NCBI GenBank assembly: GCA_038867615.1
Contig: JAWBYA010000001.1
Coordinates: 352,001 to 416,000 of the forward strand
Reading direction: 5' to 3'
DNA: 64,000 bases
Origin: Sulfolobales archaeon
GTDB taxonomy: Archaea; Thermoproteota; Thermoprotei_A; Sulfolobales; AG1
Made by a program: the position numbers and the translations under genes. Positions within the stretch are counted from its first letter, which is position 1. Each line of letters starts with the position of its first letter. The notes beneath the pieces are model-generated. The model was not told the origin of the DNA, ran no database searches, and worked only from the letters and a program-made list of their open reading frames with translations. Shown piece after piece: positions 28,732 through 38,604 of this stretch.

Positions 28732-30090
28732 CTATGTGAGTGTTAGTAGGGATGATAGCTCCTCAACATCGCTTATAGCATCTATGCTCCATACCTTCTT
28801 AGCTATCTCTCTCACGCGATCCTCGTACCTAGCCCCGGCAAGTCTTAGGGCTTTGTTAAGAACCTCTTCTCTCGATAGCGGGTTCTTGTAATGCCCCTTG
28901 GGATATATAACTGTCTCCTCAAATGTCCTGCCATCCTTAGTCTTTATTCTGATCCTGTTGGGGACGGCTTCTGGGTATAGCTTGTCGAGCTCTTCGGAGA
29001 CTTTTATCTTCATCCTCTTCATTAGCTTCCTGACATCCTCTCCAAGGATCTTCTCCTCTGAGAAGCTATCAACCCACATATACCCGTCGAGGAGTGTTCT
29101 AGCCACTATATATGGCAGGCTGTGATCTGCTGTCTCCCTAGTCTTTGGATCCCATTTCTCAGGATCTTTCACTATTATTCTATAGGATACCGTGAATGTC
29201 TCAACCTCTATCTCCTCTATCTCCTCGGGGGATACGAGGGGTCTTAGCTTTAAGCAGGCCTCAACAGCAGACATGGCGTGGTACTCCACGGGCCAGTTCT
29301 TAATAAGGGTTCTCAGTATATTCTCCGAACCCCTCCCACCAAACTCGAGGCTGAAGGGCTGTTTAGAGATAACATTGAAGAACCCATATTCCCCTTCGAA
29401 TACTGGTGAGGGGCCTGTGACTCCTTCTGAGGCTAGAAGGGCTGCGAAAACCCCCTTCTTGGCTGAGTTAGCCGCTGTCATCCCCTTCCACATGCTGAGC
29501 TCTCCAGATCTTGTCTGTCTAAGCGATACAGACTCGTTGACAGCTAGATTCACAGCATGGTAGATCTTTTCAACAGGTAGACCCATAGCCTTGGAGGCTC
29601 CTGCAGCAGCACCTATAGCTATATAGGCTACATGATCAACACCAACGCCTCTGACAGAGAAGGCATCCCCAAGCCTTGTAGCAATCTCATAGGCGGCAAC
29701 AATACCAAGGATCAGCTCCTTCCCCCCACCACCAAGATCCTCGAGAACAGCTGCAACAGCAGGGATCATATCGCTGGGATGCATAGCCTCCTTAGAGAGA
29801 TAAGTATCGTTGAAATCGAGATACCTAACACCAACACCATTGGCAAAAGTAGCCATTTCAGGAGAGCTAGCAACACCTTCCCACCAAACACTAGAACCCC
29901 TAGATCTAGGTGCAACTCTCGAGGCAAGCCTCCTAGCAGCTCTATAGGGGAACGCGTCGAGAGCCCCGAGGGAGACCGCTATAGAATCGAGGATCCTCTT
30001 CTTAGCCTCCTCAACAGCCTCTCCAGAGAGATCCTTATAATCTATAGAACTAACATACTCAGCAATTCTCCACGCAAGATCTCTCGGCAT
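28732..30090 (-). CDS. prpD: MmgE/PrpD family, 2-methylcitrate dehydratase-like
   Basis: RYLDFNDT, HPSD, DHV, LSMWKG and ETADHSLPY. Confidence 0.88.
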   Translation of the reverse strand: MPRDLAWRIAEYVSSIDYKDLSGEAVEEAKKRILDSIAVSLGALDAFPYRAARRLASRVAPRSRGSSVWWEGVASSPEMATFANGVGVRYLDFNDTYLSKEAMHPSDMIPAVAAVLEDLGGGGKELILGIVAAYEIATRLGDAFSVRGVGVDHVAYIAIGAAAGASKAMGLPVEKIYHAVNLAVNESVSLRQTRSGELSMWKGMTAANSAKKGVFAALLASEGVTGPSPVFEGEYGFFNVISKQPFSLEFGGRGSENILRTLIKNWPVEYHAMSAVEACLKLRPLVSPEEIEEIEVETFTVSYRIIVKDPEKWDPKTRETADHSLPYIVARTLLDGYMWVDSFSEEKILGEDVRKLMKRMKIKVSEELDKLYPEAVPNRIRIKTKDGRTFEETVIYPKGHYKNPLSREEVLNKALRLAGARYEDRVREIAKKVWSIDAISDVEELSSLLTLT

Positions 30091-30266
30091 GATAAAACCC
30101 CAAGAACTATTCGTTAATAGAAATAAAGCCTTTCAACAAAGCGAGAACCACACGCTATAGACGAGCTACCAGCTCATGTGATTCGATAAAATAGACGTGT
30201 TTCTAGAATATGCTAGGCTGTTTAAGGACGGTCGTGATCTAAAATAGACCTGAATCGCTATATTAT

Positions 30267-31157
30267 GTGGGTGGTAGGATGAGCCGGCCTGTCGGGTTTT
30301 TCCTTGCCCTCAGGCCCTGGAGTTTCCCTATGACTATAGCTGCTATAACTGCTGGTTCTCTCTATGCCTATGGTGTTACGGGGTCTTTTAATATAGCTAT
30401 ATATCTATTAACGCTGGCAGGTGCTGTGGCTCTCCATGCTTTTGTAAATATAACTAATGATTATTTCGATACCCTCTATGGTGTTGATAGGCCTGGTGCT
30501 CCTACTACTAGGTATAGGCCCCACCCTATTGTGAGTGGTCTTCTAACCCCTTCCCAGACCCTCATAGCCTCTGCTGTGATCTTTGTAATAGCTCTTTCTA
30601 GCGGCATTGCGCTCACTCTGATCGATAGGTGGCTCTCTATACCTCTGGGGCTTTTGGGGGCTTTGGTGGCTCTTGAGTATACTGCTCCTCCTGCTAGGTT
30701 TAAGTATAGGGGGTTGGGGGAGCTGGGGGTTTTCGCTATGTGGGGGCCTTTGATGCATCTCGGGGCTTTCTATACCCAGACAGGGCTCATAGATCTAAGA
30801 CCCGTAGCTATATCGATACCTATAGGCTCTCTAGTAGTATCGGTGCTTGTTATAGACTCTATAAGGGATTACGAGTTCGATAGATCCTCTGGGATAAGGA
30901 CATTAACAGTTATCATTGGTAAGGAGAAGGCCTTCAAACTATATATAGCATTGATAGCCCTCGCATACATAGCACCACCAGCACTAGCATTAGCAGGAGT
31001 GGCAAGACCATGGATACTTGCAGCACTAGTAACACTCCCAAGAGCCCTCCAGCTGATCAGGTGGTTCTCAAAAGAAGTCCCAGATACTGCTGCGCCCTTC
31101 ACAGCACAGCTAACAATAATCTATGGTATCATATACTCGGTATCACTAGCTATATAA
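30267..31157 (+). CDS. menA: MenA/UbiA-family prenyltransferase
   Basis: LRPWSFP, NITNDYFD...GVD, YRGLGE and DSIRDYEFD motifs in a multi-TM protein. Confidence 0.78.
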   Translation: MGGRMSRPVGFFLALRPWSFPMTIAAITAGSLYAYGVTGSFNIAIYLLTLAGAVALHAFVNITNDYFDTLYGVDRPGAPTTRYRPHPIVSGLLTPSQTLIASAVIFVIALSSGIALTLIDRWLSIPLGLLGALVALEYTAPPARFKYRGLGELGVFAMWGPLMHLGAFYTQTGLIDLRPVAISIPIGSLVVSVLVIDSIRDYEFDRSSGIRTLTVIIGKEKAFKLYIALIALAYIAPPALALAGVARPWILAALVTLPRALQLIRWFSKEVPDTAAPFTAQLTIIYGIIYSVSLAI

Positions 31158-31356
31158 CTAGCTATATAGAAACCCAATCCAGATGCTCAGATCTAAGAAG
31201 ATCTGCGAGAAGCTAGTATAGGCTATTTTTTATATTACGTGGGGGGAAGGTTTGGTTATCCTAACTAAGATCTAATTGTAATATCACTGTATCCAAGAGA
31301 AGCACTATGAGCTAAATATGTTAATAATCCTTACACACCCAAGATATGGTGTCTCC

Positions 31357-31767
31357 ATGAAGGTCTACTTGGAGGAGTTCTTTGTAAGAACTAGTAAGAG
31401 GTTTCAGGTGGTTAAGATCACTGAGAGGGTTGAGAAAGCAGTCTCGAAAAGCGGTGTGAGTGAGGGTATATGTGCTGTGTTCACACCACACGCTACAGCA
31501 GCACTTATAGTTAACGAGTACGAGCCTAGAATAGCTGAGGACTATATAAAATGGGTCGAAGAGGTCTTCAAACCAGGTGGTGGGTGGAGGCACGATGAGA
31601 TCGATTCCAACGCCCACGCCCACATAGCTTCGAGCATGATAGGATCCGGGAGATTCATACCAGTGAGCAGAGGTTCTCTAGTGAGGGGGACGTGGCAGGA
31701 AATCATGCTGCTTGAGCTAGACGGGCCGAGGGAGAGGAGGGTTGTTGTACAAGTGTTAGGGGTCTAG
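31357..31767 (+). CDS. yjbQ: YjbQ/UPF0047 family protein
   Basis: PHATAA..NE, HD..NAHAH, GTWQ and ELDGPR. Confidence 0.88.
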   Translation: MKVYLEEFFVRTSKRFQVVKITERVEKAVSKSGVSEGICAVFTPHATAALIVNEYEPRIAEDYIKWVEEVFKPGGGWRHDEIDSNAHAHIASSMIGSGRFIPVSRGSLVRGTWQEIMLLELDGPRERRVVVQVLGV

Positions 31768-32237
31768 ATGGATCTTACCATAGGGATCTTTCCCCTCACG
31801 ATATAGGTGGAGAATAGCATCGCTGGGGGCGCTGTAAAAGACCTAGGATAAGCTATAAGTCTGTGATGAGATCTCCTTGATAACGAGACAGTATAGTTGA
31901 TGTAAAGGTGTAGGGGTGAGAGTGCCTCATGTGTGGAGAGGCTGGTCTTAGTGTTTTATTTACTAATATGGGGCGAGATCCATGTATATTTTAAGAGGAT
32001 CTCTCTGGGTTTGGCTCAGCGTCTTCCTTCAAAGGGGTTGCGCCCTCGTAGTCCCGTATCTTGCTATTACACCCAAAGATCCTTTTAATATCCTTAGGAT
32101 CTTCACTAATCTTATGCGGATCCCATTGTTCGAGACCCTTAATACTGTTCGATCTAGCATTTCTGGCTATCCGTTTCAAGCAGAGGTCTTGGTGTGCTAG
32201 AGTCGAGAAGGCAAAGCCTTCCGGATATCCGGAGGTA

Positions 32238-33212
32238 TTAGTGCCATGTACACGTCCTGATCAGGTTTTTAATGGTATTTTCATCCAGTTCTCTTATTAT
32301 TAGCTTGAGCATGATTAATGCTGAGGCGCATGATTCGCGGATCCTCTGATCCCCTATAACTACAGATCTGCCGATCATCCTGCCCACCTCCATCTCTAGA
32401 AGGTCTTTAAGCAAGGCTTTGTTAGCTCTATATATAGATCCTGTGAGGGAGATCGGTATTTCGGGGCATTCAAGCTTCTTAAGGATCGTGGTTATCGAAA
32501 GAGCAACTTCTCTAACCTCCTCGCCTATGATCTCTACTGCCACAGGATCTCCTTCCATGTATGCCTTGAACACGTAGGGTGCGAAGGAGGCTATCAAACC
32601 CTTAGGATCTTCTGAGGAATAGATTTTAGACACAAGCTGGTGAGCGTCTGAGACATTATAGTGCTGGAAGGAATATGTTGTTAATACTGTCTTGCCGATC
32701 CTTCCATCAAGAGATTTAACAACCATTGAGAGAGCCCTGGCCCCTATACTGTAGGCTCCCCCGCGATCATCGATCAGATGGCCCCAACCCCCAACCCTCC
32801 AGCTCCTCCCACCACATACTCCGTAGAAGTTACTCCCGGTTCCCAGGATTCCTATAACACCGTCTCCCAGCAGGTGTGCTGAGGCATGTGCCGCTCTAAT
32901 ATCCTCAAAAACCTCAACCCTTGTCTCTGGATCAAGCATTTTGGCGAGCTCTCTCTTTATATGCTCATCCCACAAACCCTCCAGATACCCCGCCATCCCA
33001 ATGCCTACACACACGATCCTTTCTCTAGGGATCTTCTCAAGAGTCCTGGCTAGTGCTTTTGAGAGGTTTTTCAGAGACCTCTCCAGGCCTATTGAGGCGG
33101 GGTTTCCAGGCCTATCGTGTCTGAAGATCTCTATCAATATTCCATCTGGATTTACTACTGCTATCTCGATCTTGCTTGCCCCAGAGTCTATTCCCAGCAC
33201 AATGTCCTTCAA
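32238..33212 (-). CDS. BadF/BadG-type sugar kinase (N-acetylglucosamine kinase-like)
   Basis: GIDSGASK, GMAG, GTGS and GGWGHLIDDRGGAYSIG. Confidence 0.82.
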   Translation of the reverse strand: MKDIVLGIDSGASKIEIAVVNPDGILIEIFRHDRPGNPASIGLERSLKNLSKALARTLEKIPRERIVCVGIGMAGYLEGLWDEHIKRELAKMLDPETRVEVFEDIRAAHASAHLLGDGVIGILGTGSNFYGVCGGRSWRVGGWGHLIDDRGGAYSIGARALSMVVKSLDGRIGKTVLTTYSFQHYNVSDAHQLVSKIYSSEDPKGLIASFAPYVFKAYMEGDPVAVEIIGEEVREVALSITTILKKLECPEIPISLTGSIYRANKALLKDLLEMEVGRMIGRSVVIGDQRIRESCASALIMLKLIIRELDENTIKNLIRTCTWH

Positions 33213-34085
33213 GCCGTCTCCCCGCGATAGATCATGTTTCTCAGATCCTCTAAAGAGATCTCTTTGAGTGTTTCATAACCCGTGCACTTACCCTCAAGCC
33301 ATTCTTCTAAATACTTAGATGTATAGTGATCATCCCTTGGACGGGGATACATGTTATAGATCCTATCGATCTCCTCAACCCATCCTGACGAAAGACCTTC
33401 TTCAAGATCTAGAACTCTTACCTCCTCAACAAATCCAGACCTCATCAGCACCTCGAGAATCTCTGCAATGCAACCCTTAAAATCATGATCTGCGTCGAAG
33501 ATGGCTTTATTAGCATCGGTGATCTGTGTGTTGAGTATCATGGGCTCGATCGGATCGGTATGGAGTCCTTCTTACTCTTGATATTATTCACAAACCTGAA
33601 GATCTCCACGGATCTCCCGGTTCAGAAGACCCAGTGTTCCAGCAGCCCCACAACGATCTCGAGCTCTACATCTCTCCCTGAGCTATCTCTAAAGCGGAAT
33701 GCTGTTAAGAGATCGATTATAATGTTATCATCATTACCAGTGTATAGAGCCACATCCTGCCTCCCGCATCAGCGATAGCCCTTGCAACCTCGATGGTGTG
33801 GTATCTGTTAAATGGTGCTGTCTTTATAGCCGCGAGGTTCTCGATCTCCTCAGCAAACTCCAGAACCTATATCTTGGTATGCCTCCTACAGCGGGTTGGA
33901 GATAGAATCCAGATATCGGGATCTCCTTCGCAACGGTTTTCGCATGCTCTAGGATCATGTCTTCAGAGTATCCCTTAGGCATGTGAAAGCTTAAAAGCCC
34001 TGCGTGATAGCCTAGATCCCATACTGTTCTAGCCTCCCTCACGGCCTGTGCTGTGCTTCCCACAATCCCGCCAAAGATCTCTAAT
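33209..34085 (-). pseudogene. Degraded DHDPS/N-acetylneuraminate lyase-like aldolase
   Basis: Fragments in different frames: GFYLQPAVGG / AIKTAPFNRY / ALYTGNDDNIIIDLL...LLEHWVF* / QITDANKAIFD..FKGCI. About 3 frameshifts, an internal TGA and a missing N-terminus. Confidence 0.8.
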
Positions 34086-34122
34086 AAGGGGTTAAACTCC
34101 TCGGTCTATGTGGTGTGGTGCG

Positions 34123-35514
34123 TTAGTTGCTTTTCGGTTTTTTCCTTGCATATATTATAAGTGCTATTATTGATGTTATTATGAGTGCTGATATAGATGC
34201 ATAGTCCAGTGGGTGGGGGTATGCAGTGTTCCTGAGTATGAAGAGAACTATATATGTTATGAATCCTGTTAGTGTGAGCAGCGACACCTCTTTTCCCGAG
34301 GGTTTTTCGAAGAGCGTTAGCATGATGATCGGTACGAGGTATAGCAGTGCTGCTGAGCTGGCTACAGCAAGGATCACGACTGGTGCTACTGTGTAGTATG
34401 AGAAGATGCCTAGCGCAAGTATAATGCCTAGGACTGAGTATCTCCCCACCCTAACGCTCGCCCTACCAAGGATATCGACACTTATCACGGATGACAGTGT
34501 GAGTAATATCGAGTCTAAAGTGGATAACGCTGCAACCCACACGGCCAGGGCTAGGGCTAGAGCCATCCATTCGGGTAGGATGTTGACCATGAGGTAGGGG
34601 GTTATCTGGTTCGGATCCCGTAGATCTATTCTTACGATTCCTGAGGCTCCTAACCCTGCTACTACCATGAGGAGTGTGAGGGTAAACCCGGCTATGAGGA
34701 ACATGAGGATTCCTCTAGATAGTTCAGATCTATCCCTAGCCATATAGATTCTCTGGAGAACCTGGGGGTTTGTTATCGAGAAGAAGATCCATGGGAGTGT
34801 TAGTGATACAAACCTCTCCAAGCTCCAATAACCAAAGCCTCCTGGGAGTGTGTGGAGCTGTGGCTGTGACGATGCTAGCCCTGGGGCTAGGTATGCTGCG
34901 AAGAGGAGCGCTATGGTGAGGAAGAATGATCCCTGGAGTATATCTGTATACATAACCCCCCTCAAACCACCATAAAATACGTATATAAATACAGTCGTAA
35001 GGGTTGCGAGGATCGCTACCTCCCTTGGAAGCCCTAGGAAGCTTAGTACCACAGCAGGCCCTATGATCTGGACGCTCATATATGGTATCATAAAGCCTAG
35101 ATATGTTAGCGAGACAATATATCTAGCAGCCCTCGAGCCGTTCTCGGCATAGATAATCTGTGTGGGGGTTATTAGCTTCAGTGATCTCGCCTTCTCAAGG
35201 ATCCTTGGTGCGAGGAGGCTTAGAAGCGCTGCAGTTCCCATTAGATATATAAGCTCGAAGCCAAGGGTTCCTACACCATAGAGGTATGTGAACCCCACCA
35301 GCCCGACGAACATGAACGCGCTATATGTTGTTGCAAAGTATGTGAAGAAAAAGTGGATCTTACTAAGAGTCCTACCACCTAAATAATACTCCTCAACAGA
35401 CCTCAGAGCACCCCTCCTCCTCGCAACCACACCCAACAACATACTTGCAAGCATGAATACTGAGAAGAGGGCTATGAGCGGGAAGTAGAGCTCCCCACTG
35501 CTCATGGGGATCAC
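34123..35514 (-). CDS. Sodium:solute symporter family permease
   Basis: YYLGGR, ATTYSAFMFVG, GGLRGVMYTD, PQVLQR and AALSTLDS; about 13 TM. Confidence 0.88.
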   Translation of the reverse strand: MIPMSSGELYFPLIALFSVFMLASMLLGVVARRRGALRSVEEYYLGGRTLSKIHFFFTYFATTYSAFMFVGLVGFTYLYGVGTLGFELIYLMGTAALLSLLAPRILEKARSLKLITPTQIIYAENGSRAARYIVSLTYLGFMIPYMSVQIIGPAVVLSFLGLPREVAILATLTTVFIYVFYGGLRGVMYTDILQGSFFLTIALLFAAYLAPGLASSQPQLHTLPGGFGYWSLERFVSLTLPWIFFSITNPQVLQRIYMARDRSELSRGILMFLIAGFTLTLLMVVAGLGASGIVRIDLRDPNQITPYLMVNILPEWMALALALAVWVAALSTLDSILLTLSSVISVDILGRASVRVGRYSVLGIILALGIFSYYTVAPVVILAVASSAALLYLVPIIMLTLFEKPSGKEVSLLTLTGFITYIVLFILRNTAYPHPLDYASISALIITSIIALIIYARKKPKSN

Positions 35515-35696
35515 CTCCTAAGTGCTAGATAGGCCAGCAGTATGGAGATAATTGCTGCAAGGGACCAGAAAGTGAATAAAACATAGGGTGGTGGCGAGCT
35601 TAGAAGCGTGTAGGGTATTATGAAGGATGCTAGTATCAGTGCTGCAAATAATATAGCATAGACCCCTTTATCGGAAACCTTGGAGCGTCTAAACAC
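35511..35696 (-). CDS. Small two-TM partner of the SSS transporter
   Basis: 61-aa hydrophobic ORF overlapping the SSS start by 4 nt, a typical arrangement. Confidence 0.7.
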   Translation of the reverse strand: MFRRSKVSDKGVYAILFAALILASFIIPYTLLSSPPPYVLFTFWSLAAIISILLAYLALRR

Positions 35697-35936
35697 GATA
35701 ATCTCCGAACATATGTTCGTTTTACAGCCTTATAAATAAAGACTTAATCTCTAAAGAATAAAAGCCATGTTATGCGAGACCAGGAAAACCCATTGAATCC
35801 CTCTCAATCCTATAGTAGATCTTCGCTATACGTATTTATTCTCTGAATTGTAGGTATATAGCCTGGTTTGGATTGATTTAAAAATACTGCTATGCATGGA
35901 TATTAGGAGCCTGTTCTTATTCATCCCGGTGGGATT

Positions 35937-36896
35937 CTGGTTTCCTTCAACCTACGGGATGTTTATAGGGCTAGGAGTGTGATTAGCAAGTATGTGGTTA
36001 GAACACCGCTGAGGTATTCGAGAAGGCTTTCAAGGCTCTTTGGCTTTGATGTTTATCTAAAGCTTGAGAACACACAGATCATGAGATCGTTTAAGGTGAG
36101 GGGAGGGATTCACTATATGAGTGTAATGGGCGATGAGGCTATTAAGAGAGGCGTTATCACAGCGTCTATGGGCAATCATGCCCAGTCCGTTGCCTATGCA
36201 TCGCTGGTCTTTGGGGCTAGATCCACTATAGTCATGCCCCACGGTGTTTCGAGGGTGAAGGTAGAGGCTCTCAGGGATCTCGGGGCTGAGGTGATCTTCC
36301 ATGGCAAGATCTTTGAAGAGGCTAGAGAGTATGCTGAAAAGCTAGCCATGGATAGGGGTATGCTGTATATCCATCCAGTTAACGAGATCCTACTCTACCC
36401 AGGAGTTGCTACAATGCATCTCGAAAACATAGAGGATCTCCCCGACGTTGACGTTGTAATAAACCCAATAGGAGGAGGCTCGGGCGCTAGCGGTGCTGTG
36501 GTTGTTGCCAAGAGCGTTGATCCCAGGATAAAGGTGATAGGCGTCCAGGCCGAGGGTGCTCAGAGCTTCTACCAGTCATGGTTGCAGAAGAGGCTAGTGA
36601 GCACTGGAAAAGCCGACACAATAGCAGAAGGTATAGCTACCTCAAAAGCATATGAGCTGCCGTTCACAATACTGAGGGATAGGATAGACAATATAGTGCT
36701 TGTGAATGATAACGAGATCATAAGGGCCGTAAAGATCCTGGCGGAGGTCGAGGGCGTGATCGCTGAGCCAGCAGGGGCGGCAGCACTTGCAGCCGCAGTA
36801 AAGCTAGGATCTAATTTAGCTAACAAGAAAGTAATAGTCATGGTCACGGGAGGAAATATAGATCCCGAAGCCCTGGTTAGATATATACAGGCCTAG
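35937..36896 (+). CDS. PLP-dependent threonine/serine dehydratase
   Basis: RTPL, KLEN..SFKVRG, ASMGNHAQ, PIGGGSG, EPAGAA and TGGN. The frame is open upstream of the track start (35979) to about 35937. Confidence 0.88.
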   Translation: MVSFNLRDVYRARSVISKYVVRTPLRYSRRLSRLFGFDVYLKLENTQIMRSFKVRGGIHYMSVMGDEAIKRGVITASMGNHAQSVAYASLVFGARSTIVMPHGVSRVKVEALRDLGAEVIFHGKIFEEAREYAEKLAMDRGMLYIHPVNEILLYPGVATMHLENIEDLPDVDVVINPIGGGSGASGAVVVAKSVDPRIKVIGVQAEGAQSFYQSWLQKRLVSTGKADTIAEGIATSKAYELPFTILRDRIDNIVLVNDNEIIRAVKILAEVEGVIAEPAGAAALAAAVKLGSNLANKKVIVMVTGGNIDPEALVRYIQA

Positions 36897-37006
36897 AGAT
36901 CCTAGCTTTAATAATTCATAGACCGATCTAGAAGCATTACCAACAAACAGAGCATCATGGATATATTACATTAAAAATCATAATATAGGAGGATTGCAGC
37001 CTAGTA

Positions 37007-37645
37007 TTATGTGTGGCTTTCGCCTTGTCTTCTGCTTTTGGCAAACATCTCTATAATCTCATCGACGGTCATTATTTTTGCGTTATAGATGTTCTCGAGG
37101 TATTTCAATCCCTGCTCGTGATCCTCTTGTGAGAAGGATTCTACACCATCTTTTGCCACGACTATCTTGTAGCCTCTGAAGAACGCATCTGCAGCTGTAT
37201 GCCTTACACAGATGTTTGTGTGTAAACCGCCTAGAATGACTGTTTTTACTCCTTCGCCATTGTAGAGGCTTTTCAAAAGTGAATCCATGCCTGTCTCGTG
37301 GAAGCAGCTGTAAACCCTCTTCTCCACGATGAGATCCTTATCTGTTGGTTTAAGCTCTGGGATAACCTCAGCGCCTTTAGTGCCTTTTATTGCGTGTTCT
37401 CCCCAGCGGTTAACAACTTCGAAATCGAATGGATAGTGGGCATCACCGCAATAGATCACAGGAACACCATATGTGCGGGCTGCCTCGATGAGCTTTTTAA
37501 GGTTGGGGATTATCCGTTGTGCCCTCTCGCATTTCAGGGCTCCTGTAACGAAGTCGTTGAGCATGTCGATCACTATTACGCTCATTCTTTCCGATGTATT
37601 CTGGGAGGTCAAGGGTTTCTCCCATAACGAACATGTGTTCGCCAC
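37007..37645 (-). CDS. Isochorismatase-family cysteine hydrolase
   Basis: IDMLNDF, DAH, EKRVYSCF and GLHTNICVRHT give the Asp-Lys-Cys triad. Confidence 0.88.
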   Translation of the reverse strand: MANTCSLWEKPLTSQNTSERMSVIVIDMLNDFVTGALKCERAQRIIPNLKKLIEAARTYGVPVIYCGDAHYPFDFEVVNRWGEHAIKGTKGAEVIPELKPTDKDLIVEKRVYSCFHETGMDSLLKSLYNGEGVKTVILGGLHTNICVRHTAADAFFRGYKIVVAKDGVESFSQEDHEQGLKYLENIYNAKIMTVDEIIEMFAKSRRQGESHT

Positions 37646-37806
37646 TTATAAATTTACTTGTCATGTATTATCAGCCATAGAAACAGGTTCGTTTGCCATG
37701 CTTAATAAATAATGGGTTAGGAATAAGGATCCTCTGCAAATCCTGCTGCTCAACGCTAAAAGCATGTTTGCATGTAAAGATCCGACTGGGGGATCCCATA
37801 TAACCA

Positions 37807-38601
37807 CTATAGATCCACTATGAGGCTCCCTGGCTCACATCTATACCAGCAGAGCTTCTCGGCTAGTAAGGCTGTTTTGCCTATAACTATTAGTGAGGGG
37901 TTTTTAAAATCATGCCTAGCCATGTTTTCTGGTAGTTTTTCCAGCGATGTTACTAGGGTTCTCTGCTCTTCTGTTGTTCCCTTCTCTATGACTGCTACTG
38001 GTGTGTTTGGATCTATTCCGCTGGCTAGCAGCTCCCTCACTATCTCTCCTGCTCTCGCCACGCCCATGAGGATCACTAGTGTGTCGACAACCCTGGCTAT
38101 TGCTGCTAGGTCTATGCTTCTCTCCTTACCCTCAGCCTCTCTCCCTGGGAGTATGGCTACTGATGATGAGATCCTTCTATGGGTTATTGGTATGCCTGCG
38201 TAGGCTGGCACAGCATAGATCGATGATACCCCTGGCACTACTTCGTAGCACACACCGCTCTCTCTGAGGATCTCCATCTCCTCACCGCCTCTTCCAAAGA
38301 CTATTGGGTCTCCTCCCTTGAGCCTCACAACGATCTCTCCCTTCATGGCTCTCTTCACCATGATCCTGTTGATCTCTTCCTGCGTATACTCATGCCTCCC
38401 AGGCTCTTTACCAACATGGATTATCTCGCACCCAGGCTTGGCATAGCTGAGGAGCTCTTTGGGTACAAGTCTGTCAACAAGGATCACGTCGGCTATCGAT
38501 ATAGCCCTTAACCCCTTGAGGGTTATTAGCCCCGGATCTCCTGGCCCAGCCCCAACCAAGTATACTATACCACTAGATCTGCACCCTCGATTCCCGCTCA
38601 A
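37807..38601 (-). CDS. cobA: Uroporphyrinogen-III C-methyltransferase
   Basis: LVGAGPGDPGLIT, RLKGGDPIVFGRGGEE and VPGVSS. Confidence 0.93.
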   Translation of the reverse strand: MSGNRGCRSSGIVYLVGAGPGDPGLITLKGLRAISIADVILVDRLVPKELLSYAKPGCEIIHVGKEPGRHEYTQEEINRIMVKRAMKGEIVVRLKGGDPIVFGRGGEEMEILRESGVCYEVVPGVSSIYAVPAYAGIPITHRRISSSVAILPGREAEGKERSIDLAAIARVVDTLVILMGVARAGEIVRELLASGIDPNTPVAVIEKGTTEEQRTLVTSLEKLPENMARHDFKNPSLIVIGKTALLAEKLCWYRCEPGSLIVDL

Positions 38602-38604
38602 ACT

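Noticed and set aside
32220-32233. 14-bp palindrome TCCGGATATCCGGA just after the kinase stop
   Set aside because: It is a single short palindrome in a genome rich in short palindromic words, with no supporting context.
31982-32303. Short ORFs between yjbQ and the kinase
   Set aside because: They overlap on both strands, have no motifs and lack a clear RBS, so they are probably spurious.
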